Assembly (NCBI GenBank): GCA_027624625.1
Contig: JAQBWH010000006.1
Location: forward strand, 357 to 64,356
DNA from: Verrucomicrobiota bacterium
GTDB lineage: Bacteria > Verrucomicrobiota > Verrucomicrobiia > Chthoniobacterales > JACTMZ01
Direction of reading: 5' to 3'
Length of the DNA: 64,000 bases
The position numbers and the translations under genes are program-made. Under the pieces are notes generated by a model. The model searched no databases. It saw only the letters and a list, made by a program, of their open reading frames with translations, and had not been told where the DNA came from. Below are positions 1-7,680 of the stretch, piece after piece (the first letter of the stretch is position 1; every line of letters starts with the position of its first letter).

Positions 1-188
1 ATGAAGATGCTCGCTCCGCTGGTCTGAGAGGAGAGGGGCGGGCAAGGACAAGCGGTGGCACAGCAGCCCGGGTTAGTCTCGCAACAGGCCGAGGCGCAGG
101 AGGCGACCAGGTTGGGAGTGGCCGCCGCAGGCGCTAGCAGCACAAGGGCCAAACCAAGCAACAGCAATGGAAATGCGACCAACTTCAC
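1..188 (-). CDS. Partial (runs off left edge) small secreted Cys-rich protein, hypothetical
   Basis: Not in the ORF track because no stop lies in the window. GTG at 188 on the minus strand opens MKLVAFPLLLLGLALVLLAPAAATPNLVASCASACCETNPGCCATACPCPPLSSQTSGASIF.... It has a canonical signal peptide and GC-rich third codon positions. A competing plus-strand gene end at 1..26 cannot be excluded. Confidence 0.35.
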   Translation of the reverse strand, partial: MKLVAFPLLLLGLALVLLAPAAATPNLVASCASACCETNPGCCATACPCPPLSSQTSGASIF

Positions 189-230
189 ACCGCGAGAGTA
201 AACCACTGTGGGCTGGTGTCAACCGTCCCC

Positions 231-1526
231 TTATCGGAGAAAGAGCCAGCCGACCACGGCAATGATCGGCAGAAGAACAGGCAGGCTGTAGCGGAGGATG
301 TAGCCAAAAAAGGACGGAGTTTTTACTTTGGCATGTTCGGCGATGGCTTTGACCATGAAATTGGGTCCGTTGCCGATGTAAGTGGCAGCGCCGAAGAAGA
401 CGGCACCGAGCGAGATGGCGACAAGGATCGGAACATGCGAAGCGGCAAAGGATGCGACGTCGCTGGCCTTGCCCAGATCCAGCCCTTCCTGTCCGAGTGC
501 CGCAGCGAGGAAGGTCAGGTAAGTCGGTGCATTGTCCAGCGCCGCCGAGAGCACGCCGGTGAAGGCGTAGAACTGCAAAGGTGTCTCCACGCCGAGCGTG
601 TCGGAGTGAATTTGCACGTAGTCCAAGGCAGGAATCATCGTCCCGAAGATACCGAAAAAGAGCCAAGCCACTTCTTTGATCGGATGGAGATTGAAGTGGT
701 TCATCTCGTGGACCTGCTTCGGCGTGGCATACCAGGAACCGAGCGCGGCCGCGCCCATGGTAAGTTCGCGCCACGGGGTGGGCAGGAAAACGGCCCCGAG
801 GATGAGGCCGATGAAAACGAAGTTGCTTTTGCCGTCGATCCGGAACTCCTCGTATCCGGTTTCGAGTTCGCGCACCACCTCGGGCGCGCGGCGGAAATTG
901 ATCGAATCAATGACGTAAAAGGTGGCGAGCAGGGCGCTGACGACAACCAACCAAGGCAGCCAAAGGTGCACAGTCGTCCAGAAAAACGGAACCCCCTTGA
1001 GGTATCCGAGGAACAACGGCGGATCGCCGATCGGGGTCAGCGCACCGCCGGCATTGCTCACCACGAAAATGAAGAAGACCACGTGGAACGCGGTGACGCG
1101 GTATTTGTTCATGCGGATCCAAGGGCGGATCATGAGCATGGACGCGCCGGTCGTGCCGATGAAATTTGAAATGACCGCCCCGATCCCGAGAAATACGGTG
1201 TTCCGTAGCGGGGTGGCCTCGCCGCGCACGCGGATGTGCACTCCGCCGGCCACGATGAAGAGTGATCCAATGAGTGCGATGAAGCTGACGTATTCATGGG
1301 CGACATCGAACAGGCGGTGGCGTTCGCCCAGCACGAAGAAGTAGTAGCCCGCGGTGAACAAACCGAGAACGAGGGCTACCTTGGGGTAGTTCTTTTCCCA
1401 CCAGTGCAGGTTGATGAAAGGCATCAATGCGATGGACAAAAGCATCGCACCGAAGGGAATCATCATCCACGGACTCGGCTCGATGGGCGCGGCTGAAATC
1501 GATGCGGCAAGCATAGGACATTCCAA
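231..1526 (-). CDS. Polytopic membrane permease, ArsB/NhaD (citrate-transporter-like) superfamily, putative Na+/H+ antiporter
   Basis: 431-aa ORF that is hydrophobic throughout, with about 10-12 predicted TM segments. The N-terminus PWMMIPFGAMLLSIALMPF...HWWEKNY resembles NhaD-type antiporters by recall. The exact substrate is not supported. Confidence 0.55.
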   Translation of the reverse strand: MECPMLAASISAAPIEPSPWMMIPFGAMLLSIALMPFINLHWWEKNYPKVALVLGLFTAGYYFFVLGERHRLFDVAHEYVSFIALIGSLFIVAGGVHIRVRGEATPLRNTVFLGIGAVISNFIGTTGASMLMIRPWIRMNKYRVTAFHVVFFIFVVSNAGGALTPIGDPPLFLGYLKGVPFFWTTVHLWLPWLVVVSALLATFYVIDSINFRRAPEVVRELETGYEEFRIDGKSNFVFIGLILGAVFLPTPWRELTMGAAALGSWYATPKQVHEMNHFNLHPIKEVAWLFFGIFGTMIPALDYVQIHSDTLGVETPLQFYAFTGVLSAALDNAPTYLTFLAAALGQEGLDLGKASDVASFAASHVPILVAISLGAVFFGAATYIGNGPNFMVKAIAEHAKVKTPSFFGYILRYSLPVLLPIIAVVGWLFLR

Positions 1527-1586
1527 GATCAGCCCCTGGACTCCTCTGACTCAAGTCTATTTGGCGGTCGTTGAGTTGAAATTGGG

Positions 1587-2561
1587 TCAAGCCCCGACCT
1601 CCCGGCCGGATAAGGTCGAGAGAACCAGCCACGACAGGTAGGCGGTGTAGCCGCTGAGCAAGATGGCGCCTTCGAGGCGGGTGATGCGCTTTTGGTGGTA
1701 GGCCATGGGCCAGAGGACGAGGGCAAAGGCCGCCATGACGGCATAGTCGACCAAGCTGATGCCCGAGGCGTCGAGTGGAGCGACCATGGCGGTGATGCCG
1801 AGGATGCCGAGGAGATTGAAAATATTCGACCCGACGATGTTGCCCACCGCGATGTCCACCTCTTTTTTCACCGCGGCAACCAGTGAAGTGGCCAATTCCG
1901 GCAGGCTCGTGCCGACCGCGATGACGGTCAGCCCGATAAGCGCTTCACTCCAACCGAAGGCCCGCGCGATGACCACGGCGCCGTCGACCAGGAAGCGCGC
2001 TCCGAAGATGAGGAGGACAAGTCCACCCGCGACCATGAGGAAATCGACAGCCAGTCCCCGCTTGGAAACCTTCACCTCTTGGCCGAACTCCGCGCCGAGG
2101 GTGTCGGCCGATTGGCGTCGGGCCAGAAGGACGCTGGAGATAACATAAGCGAGAAGCAAGGCGTAGAGGATGATTCCCTCGGTCCGTCCAAGGGTGCCGT
2201 CCGATAGGAGGAAAATGGTCAATGCGGTGGCGGCGATCATGATCGGGATATCGATCCGCACGATTTGCGTGGTGGTGGCGATGGGGGTGACGAGGGCGCA
2301 GATGCCGAGGATCAGTCCGAGGTTGCAAATATTGGAACCGACCACGTTGCCCACGCTGATGTTGCCTTGGCCGGCCAGGCCGGCCTTGAGGCTGACCACC
2401 AGTTCCGGTGAGCTGGTCCCGAAGGCAACCACGGTGAGACCGACGACCAGCGGGGAGAGTCCGAGCCGCAGGGCGAGCGACGAACTGCCGCGCACCAGCG
2501 CTTCCGCGCCGTAGTAAAGGAGGGCGAGCCCGAGGGCCAGATAAAGGATGGCGGCAGTCAT
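1587..2561 (-). CDS. Ca2+/cation antiporter, CaCA (YrbG-like) family
   Basis: 324 aa with two alpha-repeat signatures, GTSSPELVVS and GTSLPELATS, each followed by GNxVGSNIxN. This is typical of the YrbG/CaCA family. Confidence 0.85.
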   Translation of the reverse strand: MTAAILYLALGLALLYYGAEALVRGSSSLALRLGLSPLVVGLTVVAFGTSSPELVVSLKAGLAGQGNISVGNVVGSNICNLGLILGICALVTPIATTTQIVRIDIPIMIAATALTIFLLSDGTLGRTEGIILYALLLAYVISSVLLARRQSADTLGAEFGQEVKVSKRGLAVDFLMVAGGLVLLIFGARFLVDGAVVIARAFGWSEALIGLTVIAVGTSLPELATSLVAAVKKEVDIAVGNIVGSNIFNLLGILGITAMVAPLDASGISLVDYAVMAAFALVLWPMAYHQKRITRLEGAILLSGYTAYLSWLVLSTLSGREVGA

Positions 2562-2619
2562 GGCAGGCGGGGAGATTTAGCGGTTGCCGGGCCGGAGATA
2601 AAGGAGAAGCGGAAGGACC

Positions 2620-2648
2620 AAGGCTGAGACTTGCCTTGGCGGCCTGAG
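2620..2648. repeat. 29-nt intergenic element AAGGCTGAGACTTG-N8-GCCTGAG, copy 1
   Basis: The 14-nt arm and the 7-nt arm both match 5921..5949 exactly, with the same 8-nt spacing. Confidence 0.7.
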
Positions 2649-2718
2649 GGGGGAAGGGAGAGTTTTAAGTTTTAGGTTTGTAAGTTTTAAGTGGGCGGAG
2701 CGGCACACTGGCGGGTGT
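2645..2718. repeat. AT-rich about 70-nt direct repeat, copy 1 (core GTTTTAAGTTTTAGGTTTGTAAGTTTTAAGTGG at 2662..2694)
   Basis: The 33-nt core differs at 1 nt from 4651..4683. The flanks TGAGGGGG..AGGGAG and TGGCGGGTGT are also shared. It lies about 150 nt upstream of the CbiX-like gene. Confidence 0.85.
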
Positions 2719-2847
2719 GTGCTGAGAGTAGCTGGGGGGATCACCCTCATTCAGGGCGCGCGGCGGGTCCGGAGGCCCCGCCCTACCACAAGAGGGGTGT
2801 CCATATTTGGGTTCCGGCTGTTGTGAGCTGGCGCTACAAATGCGGGG

Positions 2848-3693
2848 ATGAAGGCTCCTTTTGCTCCAAAGACGGATGCCGCGCTTTTGGTGCTGGCCCA
2901 CGGCTCGAGTGTCAATGCCACGTCGAGCCGGCCGACCCGGGAATTGACCGAGCGGCTGCGGGACTCGGGGTTGTTCGGTGAGGTGGCTTGCGGATTTTGG
3001 AAAGAAAAGCCGGGACTGCGGGAAGCTTTGGACCGTCTGAGCAAGCCGGAGATTTTTATTGTGCCCAATTTCACGGTCGAGGGGTATTTCGTGCGCAATG
3101 TCATCCCGAAAGAACTCGGGCTGACCGGACCGGTGACCAAAAATGACAAGGGACAGGTTCTGCGCTTGTGTTTGCCGGTCGGGGGGCATCCTCGCATGAC
3201 CGAAGTGTTGCTCCATCGGGCCCGGGAAGTGGCCCCGGGGGTCGAGTTTGCCCACGCAGCTTTGCTCGTGCTCGGCCACGGCACGCCGCTCGACACGCGG
3301 AGTTCGGAAGCGGTCGAGGCGCAGGTGGAGGCCATCCGGGCGCGCGGTATTTTTGCCGAGGTGCACGGGGCGTTCATGGAAACGCCACCCAAGATCGAAG
3401 ACTGGCGCACGATCACGCCGTGCCGGGAGGTGATCGCTGTGCCGTTTTTCATCGCGGACGGATTGCACAGCGACGAGGACATCCCGGGTTTGCTCGGCAT
3501 CACGGACGGGGAGGATGCCGGGGAGCGGGAGCGGAAGAATCCGCATCTGCTCGACGGCCGGCGGCTTTTTTATTCGCGCGCGGTTGGTACGGATCCGGGG
3601 ATGGCCGACGTGATTCTTGACCAGGTGCATTCCTGGGAGTTGTGTGCCAAGGGCATCCTGCGAAACGGGGAGACAGCGGGTGCTGCGGTGTGA
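2848..3693 (+). CDS. CbiX-type sirohydrochlorin chelatase-like protein (two CbiX domains)
   Basis: 281 aa. It has duplicated LLVLAHGS / LLVLGHGT motifs and FFIADGLHSDEDIPG, typical of the CbiX/SirB chelatase fold. Confidence 0.7.
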   Translation: MKAPFAPKTDAALLVLAHGSSVNATSSRPTRELTERLRDSGLFGEVACGFWKEKPGLREALDRLSKPEIFIVPNFTVEGYFVRNVIPKELGLTGPVTKNDKGQVLRLCLPVGGHPRMTEVLLHRAREVAPGVEFAHAALLVLGHGTPLDTRSSEAVEAQVEAIRARGIFAEVHGAFMETPPKIEDWRTITPCREVIAVPFFIADGLHSDEDIPGLLGITDGEDAGERERKNPHLLDGRRLFYSRAVGTDPGMADVILDQVHSWELCAKGILRNGETAGAAV

Positions 3694-3705
3694 TAGGCAT
3701 TAGCC

Positions 3706-4086
3706 ATGATCACGAAATTACTCCACACCCGCTACCGGGTGAACGACCTCGAAAAGACGGTCGGTTTTTACCGGGACGTGCTCGGTTTGGAAGAAATCCG
3801 CCGCCACAAGTCTCCGCGCGGATCCGAGTTGGTTTTTCTTAAAGCACCGGAGAGCGAGGAATTGATCGAGATTTGTTCCTTTCCGGCGGCCGGACCAGTT
3901 GTGGTCGGGCCTGACCTGACCCATCTGGCTTTTGAGGTGACGGATTTGGAAAAATTCGCCGAGGAAGCCGCGGCCAAGGGATACCCGCTTTCCGATGGTC
4001 CGACCACTTCATCGACCGGAACGGTTTTTGCCTTCATCGACGCACCGGAGGGCTACGAGATCGAGTTGATCCAGGCGCCGGACTAA
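3706..4086 (+). CDS. VOC family protein, glyoxalase I (lactoylglutathione lyase)-like
   Basis: 126 aa. HTRYRVNDLEKTVGFYRDVLGL ... THLAFEV ... GYEIELIQ is the glyoxalase/bleomycin-resistance fold pattern. Confidence 0.75.
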   Translation: MITKLLHTRYRVNDLEKTVGFYRDVLGLEEIRRHKSPRGSELVFLKAPESEELIEICSFPAAGPVVVGPDLTHLAFEVTDLEKFAEEAAAKGYPLSDGPTTSSTGTVFAFIDAPEGYEIELIQAPD

Positions 4087-4096
4087 GCGCGGCCTT

Positions 4097-4363
4097 ATGG
4101 AATTCGACTGGCTCGAGGCACCATTCGACCTCAAGGCCCTGACCCCGCGGGCGATCGAAGAATCGTTCGAGGATCCGTTCAGTCTTCGTCTGCTGCCCGA
4201 CTATGACCATGGAGAGGCGCGCTATTTCAACCTCGGGCGCTCGGTCGAGGGGCGGGGAATTTTCAGCGTGTTCTGGACGGATGGCAAAACGGTGCGGGTG
4301 GTGGCGGCGCGGCCGATGACCAAGGACGAGGAAAACTTTTTCGAAAGGAAGAATGCCGAATAG
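4097..4363 (+). CDS. brnT: BrnT-family (DUF497) type II toxin
   Basis: 88 aa. EARYFNLGRSVEGRGIFSVFWTDGKTVRVVAARPMTKDEENFFER matches the DUF497/BrnT pattern (E.R...G...gr.l.vv.t.r...iRvISaR.at..E). It overlaps the next gene by 11 nt. Confidence 0.75.
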   Translation: MEFDWLEAPFDLKALTPRAIEESFEDPFSLRLLPDYDHGEARYFNLGRSVEGRGIFSVFWTDGKTVRVVAARPMTKDEENFFERKNAE

Positions 4364-4640
4364 CGAAGCGAACGAGTTGCGCGCGCTGCGTGCGTGGTCG
4401 GAGGTGCCCGCCTTCGATGACGCGGCGGCTGAAGCGGCATTCTGGTTGCGGCACAGTCTCGATCCGAAGCTGATGAATGCCTCGATCCCGAAGAGCGACG
4501 CGCGCGAGTCGGCCACGGTGACCTTGCGGTTCGACCCGCGGATGCTGGCCCGGATCAAGCGGGTGGCCCGCTCGCGGTATTTGAATTACCAGAGCATGAT
4601 CAAGCAGTGGCTGGCCGAGCGGTTGGAAAAAGAGGGATGA
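4353..4640 (+). CDS. brnA: BrnA-family antitoxin (CopG/ribbon-helix-helix)
   Basis: 95 aa. The C-terminus VTLRFDPRMLARIKRVARSRYLNYQSMIKQWLAERLEKE is the typical BrnA RHH tail. The toxin-first order matches brnTA operons. Confidence 0.75.
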   Translation: MPNSEANELRALRAWSEVPAFDDAAAEAAFWLRHSLDPKLMNASIPKSDARESATVTLRFDPRMLARIKRVARSRYLNYQSMIKQWLAERLEKEG

Positions 4641-4705
4641 GGGGGAGGGAGTTTTAAGTTTTAGGGTTGTAAGTTTTAAGTGGCGCGAGTTGCGTTGGCG
4701 GGTGT
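4638..4705. repeat. AT-rich about 70-nt direct repeat, copy 2 (core 4651..4683)
   Basis: Same orientation as 2645..2718. It starts at the brnA stop codon and lies about 130 nt upstream of ald. Confidence 0.85.
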
Positions 4706-4812
4706 TGAAAAAATCGATGAGGGGAGTTTTGGTATCGGCTCCTGCCGATGAGCTTGGCTGCGACGGGCGTGGACTGGCGCTGCAAGTGGGGGTATAAGCA
4801 GTTATTCCCCTC

Positions 4813-5919
4813 ATGAAAATCGGAGTCCCCCGGGAGATAAAAAAGCAGGAGCATCGGGTCGCGCTCTTGCCGGCCACGGCCTATCAGTTGAAGAAACGCG
4901 GCCATGAGGTGCTGGTCGAACGCGGGGCGGGCGGGGGTTGTGGCTATCCGGATGCCGACTATGAGGCGGCTGGCGCCACGATGGTCGATACGCCTGCCGC
5001 GGCGTTTGACGCGGATCTAGTTGTCAAGGTGAAGGAGCCGCAACCGGAGGAGATCCCGTTGCTCCGTAAGGGCCAGATTCTTTTCACCTACCTGCACCTT
5101 GCCGCGGATAAAACCCTGACTGAATCGCTGATCAAGAGCGGAGTGACGGGTTTGGCTTACGAGACGATCGAGATCAACCGGCGGTTGCCACTCCTCGAGC
5201 CGATGAGTGAAATTGCGGGGAGGATGTCGGTCGTGGTCGGTGCTTATTATTTGGCCAAGCACAATGGCGGGAACGGCGTGCTGCTCGGCGGGGTGCCCGG
5301 GGTGTTGCCCGGGAAAGTGGTGGTGATCGGCGGCGGGACGTCGGGGATCAATGCCGCGCGCATGGCGCAGGGGTTGGGGGCGGATGTGACCATTCTGGAA
5401 GTTGATCTCGAGCGGATGCGTTTCTTGGATATCACGCTGCACACCGCGCATACGCTTTACTCGAACGAGGCGCACTTGCAGGAAGTGTTGCCGCAGGTGG
5501 ACCTTCTGATCGGCGCGGTGCTGGTACCGGGCGCGCGCGCGCCGCGGTTGATCACGCGGGAGATGTTGCGGTGTATGAAGCCGGGGAGCGTGTTTGTCGA
5601 TATCGCCATCGACCAGGGTGGTTGTGCGGAAACCTCGCGCCCGACGGCGCATGAAAATCCGACCTTTGTCGAGGAGGGGGTCATCCATTATTGCGTGGCC
5701 AACATGCCGGGTGCTTACGCCCGCACGGCGACGCAAGCGCTGACCAATGTGACGGCGCCTTATGTCGAAATGATTGCCGATCTCGGGTTGGTGGGTGCGT
5801 GTGAAAAGGTGCCGGCCCTGCGGGGCGGGATCAATGTGTACGAGGGGAAGCTGACTTGCCCGATGGTGGCCGAGGCGTTTGGGATGAGTGCCGCGCCGCT
5901 GGAACTGCGCGGCGCTTAA
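4813..5919 (+). CDS. ald: Alanine dehydrogenase
   Basis: 368 aa. It has the N-terminus MKIGVPREIKKQEHRVALLP, the NAD-binding VVVIGGGTSGINAA, and the C-terminal IHYCVANMPGA motif. Confidence 0.92.
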   Translation: MKIGVPREIKKQEHRVALLPATAYQLKKRGHEVLVERGAGGGCGYPDADYEAAGATMVDTPAAAFDADLVVKVKEPQPEEIPLLRKGQILFTYLHLAADKTLTESLIKSGVTGLAYETIEINRRLPLLEPMSEIAGRMSVVVGAYYLAKHNGGNGVLLGGVPGVLPGKVVVIGGGTSGINAARMAQGLGADVTILEVDLERMRFLDITLHTAHTLYSNEAHLQEVLPQVDLLIGAVLVPGARAPRLITREMLRCMKPGSVFVDIAIDQGGCAETSRPTAHENPTFVEEGVIHYCVANMPGAYARTATQALTNVTAPYVEMIADLGLVGACEKVPALRGGINVYEGKLTCPMVAEAFGMSAAPLELRGA

Positions 5920-5920
5920 T

Positions 5921-5949
5921 AAGGCTGAGACTTGAGTTTGAAGCCTGAG
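5921..5949. repeat. 29-nt intergenic element AAGGCTGAGACTTG-N8-GCCTGAG, copy 2
   Basis: Both arms match 2620..2648 exactly. It lies just after the ald stop codon. Confidence 0.7.
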
Positions 5950-6027
5950 TGAGGTGTCGCGGCGGTTTGCCTGCGGGCCGTCTCGCCATGGCTCGGCTGT
6001 GACTGCCGTTACAAGTTTTTTGGATTT

Positions 6028-6693
6028 TCAAGTCCGTGCATCGTCCTTTGACCACTCGCGGGTATTGATCACGCGGCGTTCGAAGGGGGTGGCGCGGCGG
6101 ATGAGTTTTTTGTTTTTTTTCGGGACGAATTGGTAGTGGGAGACGGCGTTGAGTTTGTCGTCGATTTCCCACAGATCTTCGTGCGTGGTGACCCAATAGT
6201 CGCCCATGGTGCGGAGGTCGAAGGGGCGGGAGTAAGAGGCGAGGGTTTTCAGTCCGTCGTCGCGGAAGTATTCGTGGTAGTAGGACAGGGCCAGTTCGCG
6301 GACGGTTTTGTAGATCGGGTCTCGGTAGCGCACGACGGCGTGGTTGGTTTTGGAAATGGCGCCCCAGCAGCCGTGTTCTTTGAACAAGGCCACGACGTGC
6401 TCATCGTCGAATTCGATGGTTTTCAGATCGAGGAGCCATGGCGGCTTGCCCTGTAGCCAAAAAGCGACTGCGGCGACGAGGGCGCCCTCAATGCAATGGG
6501 CTTTGCGTTCGCGCAGGACGCGGCGGGGGGACATGTGGGTCTCGCCGTGTTTCTCGAAATTGACCGGGATCCGGTCGAGGAAGTCCTGGATTTTGCGCGG
6601 GGTGGAGAGGCGGCGCAGGGTGGCGGTTTCGCGGGGGGTCAGGCCGAACATGGGGAAAGGATAGCAAAACGGCACCAAGCCGCCGCACTTCAA
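6028..6693 (-). CDS. Conserved hypothetical protein, possible transglutaminase-like/papain-like Cys-His fold
   Basis: 221-aa ORF. The likelier start is ATG at 6651 (MFGLTPRE...). The candidate catalytic residues in KAHCIEGA and DEHVVALFKEHGCWGAISK are only suggestive. Confidence 0.5.
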   Translation of the reverse strand: MKCGGLVPFCYPFPMFGLTPRETATLRRLSTPRKIQDFLDRIPVNFEKHGETHMSPRRVLRERKAHCIEGALVAAVAFWLQGKPPWLLDLKTIEFDDEHVVALFKEHGCWGAISKTNHAVVRYRDPIYKTVRELALSYYHEYFRDDGLKTLASYSRPFDLRTMGDYWVTTHEDLWEIDDKLNAVSHYQFVPKKNKKLIRRATPFERRVINTREWSKDDART

Positions 6694-6780
6694 AATTGGT
6701 CGAGGGCCGCCGCGCCATGGCCGGCGGCAACCAACGGGCGTTTGACAGGTGCAGCGAGGGCAGTTAGTTTGAATTGTGAC

Positions 6781-7133
6781 GGGGGCGTATATGGTTTCGA
6801 CTTATGGTGCGAAGCGACGTCCGCATGCCGAGGATGATTCGTTGGCCTCGTTAAAAATCGGATCAAAAAAATAACAGCAGAGAACGAAGATCTCGCTCTC
6901 GCGGCTTAAACGCCCGCGACGGCTTCCAGTTGACGCCTGCTAGGCGGGAAGCCGACGACAGCAGGCAACTCGGCGGCGGGATCGACCGCTGCCGCCGGGG
7001 ATCTTCTCGTGGACGATAGGACAAAGGTGGCGCGCTGCCGAGCAGCCCGAGTCCGAATACTCACCGGCAGCTAAGCATGTAGTGGGCGGCGTTCAGCGCT
7101 ATGAGGACAGGGGTTCGACTCCCCTCGCCTCCA
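6781..7133 (+). ncRNA. ssrA: tmRNA (SsrA), about 353 nt
   Basis: The 5-prime end GGGGGCGTATATGGTTTCGAC pairs with the 3-prime GGGGTTCGACTCCCCTCGCCTCCA (T-arm plus acceptor stem with a G3:U pair; CCA is not encoded). The internal tag reading frame GCA GAG AAC GAA GAT CTC GCT CTC GCG GCT TAA at 6877..6909 gives AENEDLALAA. Confidence 0.93.
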
Positions 7134-7200
7134 TTTTTGGTTCGTCGCGCAGCCAGAGCAGCGGCGGACGTCACGTTGGTTCGCGCCTTGCTGCCCCGAG

Positions 7201-7599
7201 TTACTGCAGGAGGCGGATGGTGGCGGGGTAACGATATTCTTCCCCGTTGCTCGTTTTGACTGCGGCGATGACCATAAAGACGATCCAGAGAATAAAAATG
7301 ACCGGCAGGATGAGGAGTCCGATGAGGACGAAGCAGAGGGCACCGGCGATGGCGGCGTAAATGGTGTAGCTGATCTGGAAGTTGATCACTTCCTGGCCGG
7401 TGCGGTCGAGGAGGGGGCTGTCGGCGCGCTTGACCAGCCAGAGCACGAGCGGAGCGACGATATTGCCGAAGGGGAAGACGAAGCCGGCGAAGCCGAGCAG
7501 TTGCAGGAGCACGGCGAGGGAGTTGTCGGTGGTCGGAGTTGGCGGGATAGCCGGGGGCTGGCCCGGGGGCAAGGAAATGGGCGGCGGCGTATTTTCCAT
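7201..7599 (-). CDS. DUF4870-like small membrane protein
   Basis: 132 aa with a Pro-rich N-terminus. The segment LLGFAGFVFPFGNIVAPLVLWLVKR...EVINFQISY is typical of the DUF4870 (Tic20-like) family by recall. Confidence 0.65.
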   Translation of the reverse strand: MENTPPPISLPPGQPPAIPPTPTTDNSLAVLLQLLGFAGFVFPFGNIVAPLVLWLVKRADSPLLDRTGQEVINFQISYTIYAAIAGALCFVLIGLLILPVIFILWIVFMVIAAVKTSNGEEYRYPATIRLLQ

Positions 7600-7680
7600 G
7601 GGGTCTGGATGGACTGCGCAGCGCGTGGAGTCAATGCGGAAGGGGCGAGGCGGCTTTTTGTCGGGAGCGGTCGCGGGCCC

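Noticed and set aside
4730-4745. Sigma-54-like TGGTAT-N..-CTGC upstream of ald
   Set aside because: The GG and GC dinucleotides are spaced one nt too far apart, and the flanking consensus bases are poor.
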